This document shows positions 63,822-63,824 of a stretch of DNA of 63,824 nucleotides, in pieces. Source of the DNA: a virus (Duplodnaviria; Caudoviricetes). The notes under the pieces are model-generated. The model did no database searches. It was not told the DNA's origin and worked only from the letters and a program-made list of their open reading frames with translations. The DNA is taken from positions 1-63,824 of the IMG/VR virus record IMGVR_UViG_3300037119_005132. One strand, 5' to 3'. The stretch's first letter is position 1, and every line of letters begins with the position of its first letter. Position numbers and translations under genes: made by a program.

Positions 63822-63824
63822 TCT

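Noticed and set aside
1-63824. Prophage or temperate lifestyle, tRNAs, DNA polymerase
   Set aside because: No integrase, att context, host genes, tRNA cloverleaf or polymerase motifs recognised by eye; a search could still reveal divergent ones.

Overview
The window is an apparently complete ~63.8-kb, high-GC genome of a lytic siphovirus of Actinobacteria. Its layout resembles Microbacterium cluster EG phages in reverse orientation; this assignment is from memory and has not been checked. The ends carry a 109-bp direct repeat. The left arm (+ strand, ~0.7-28.8 kb) has about 65 tightly coupled early and replication/recombination genes, including a RepA-like AAA helicase, SSB, RusA, RecT/Bet, a Cas4-like exonuclease, a ParB-like protein, HNH endonucleases and many small unknowns. 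The right arm (- strand, 29-63.4 kb) has a RepL-like wHTH, a SLOG protein, terminase, portal, a MuF/protease fusion, separate hexamer and pentamer capsid proteins, tail genes, a repeat-rich fibre and an M23 endolysin. I recognised no DNA polymerase, primase, integrase, tRNA or CRISPR array. The most interesting signals are cis-acting: (i) perfect DnaA boxes at the genome ends; (ii) two families of palindromic sites, GTAAAG-N5-CTTTAC and TGTCGGAATTCCGACA, kept even inside coding sequences through rare codons; (iii) a strand-biased TCAATGA motif in the early region; (iv) a left-end segment of ~1.85 kb lacking TCGA; (v) a structured intergenic RNA at 6.67-6.83 kb; (vi) a probable AUU start codon; and (vii) a non-canonical -1 frameshift in the tail assembly chaperone. 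All product calls come from motif recognition by eye, not database searches.
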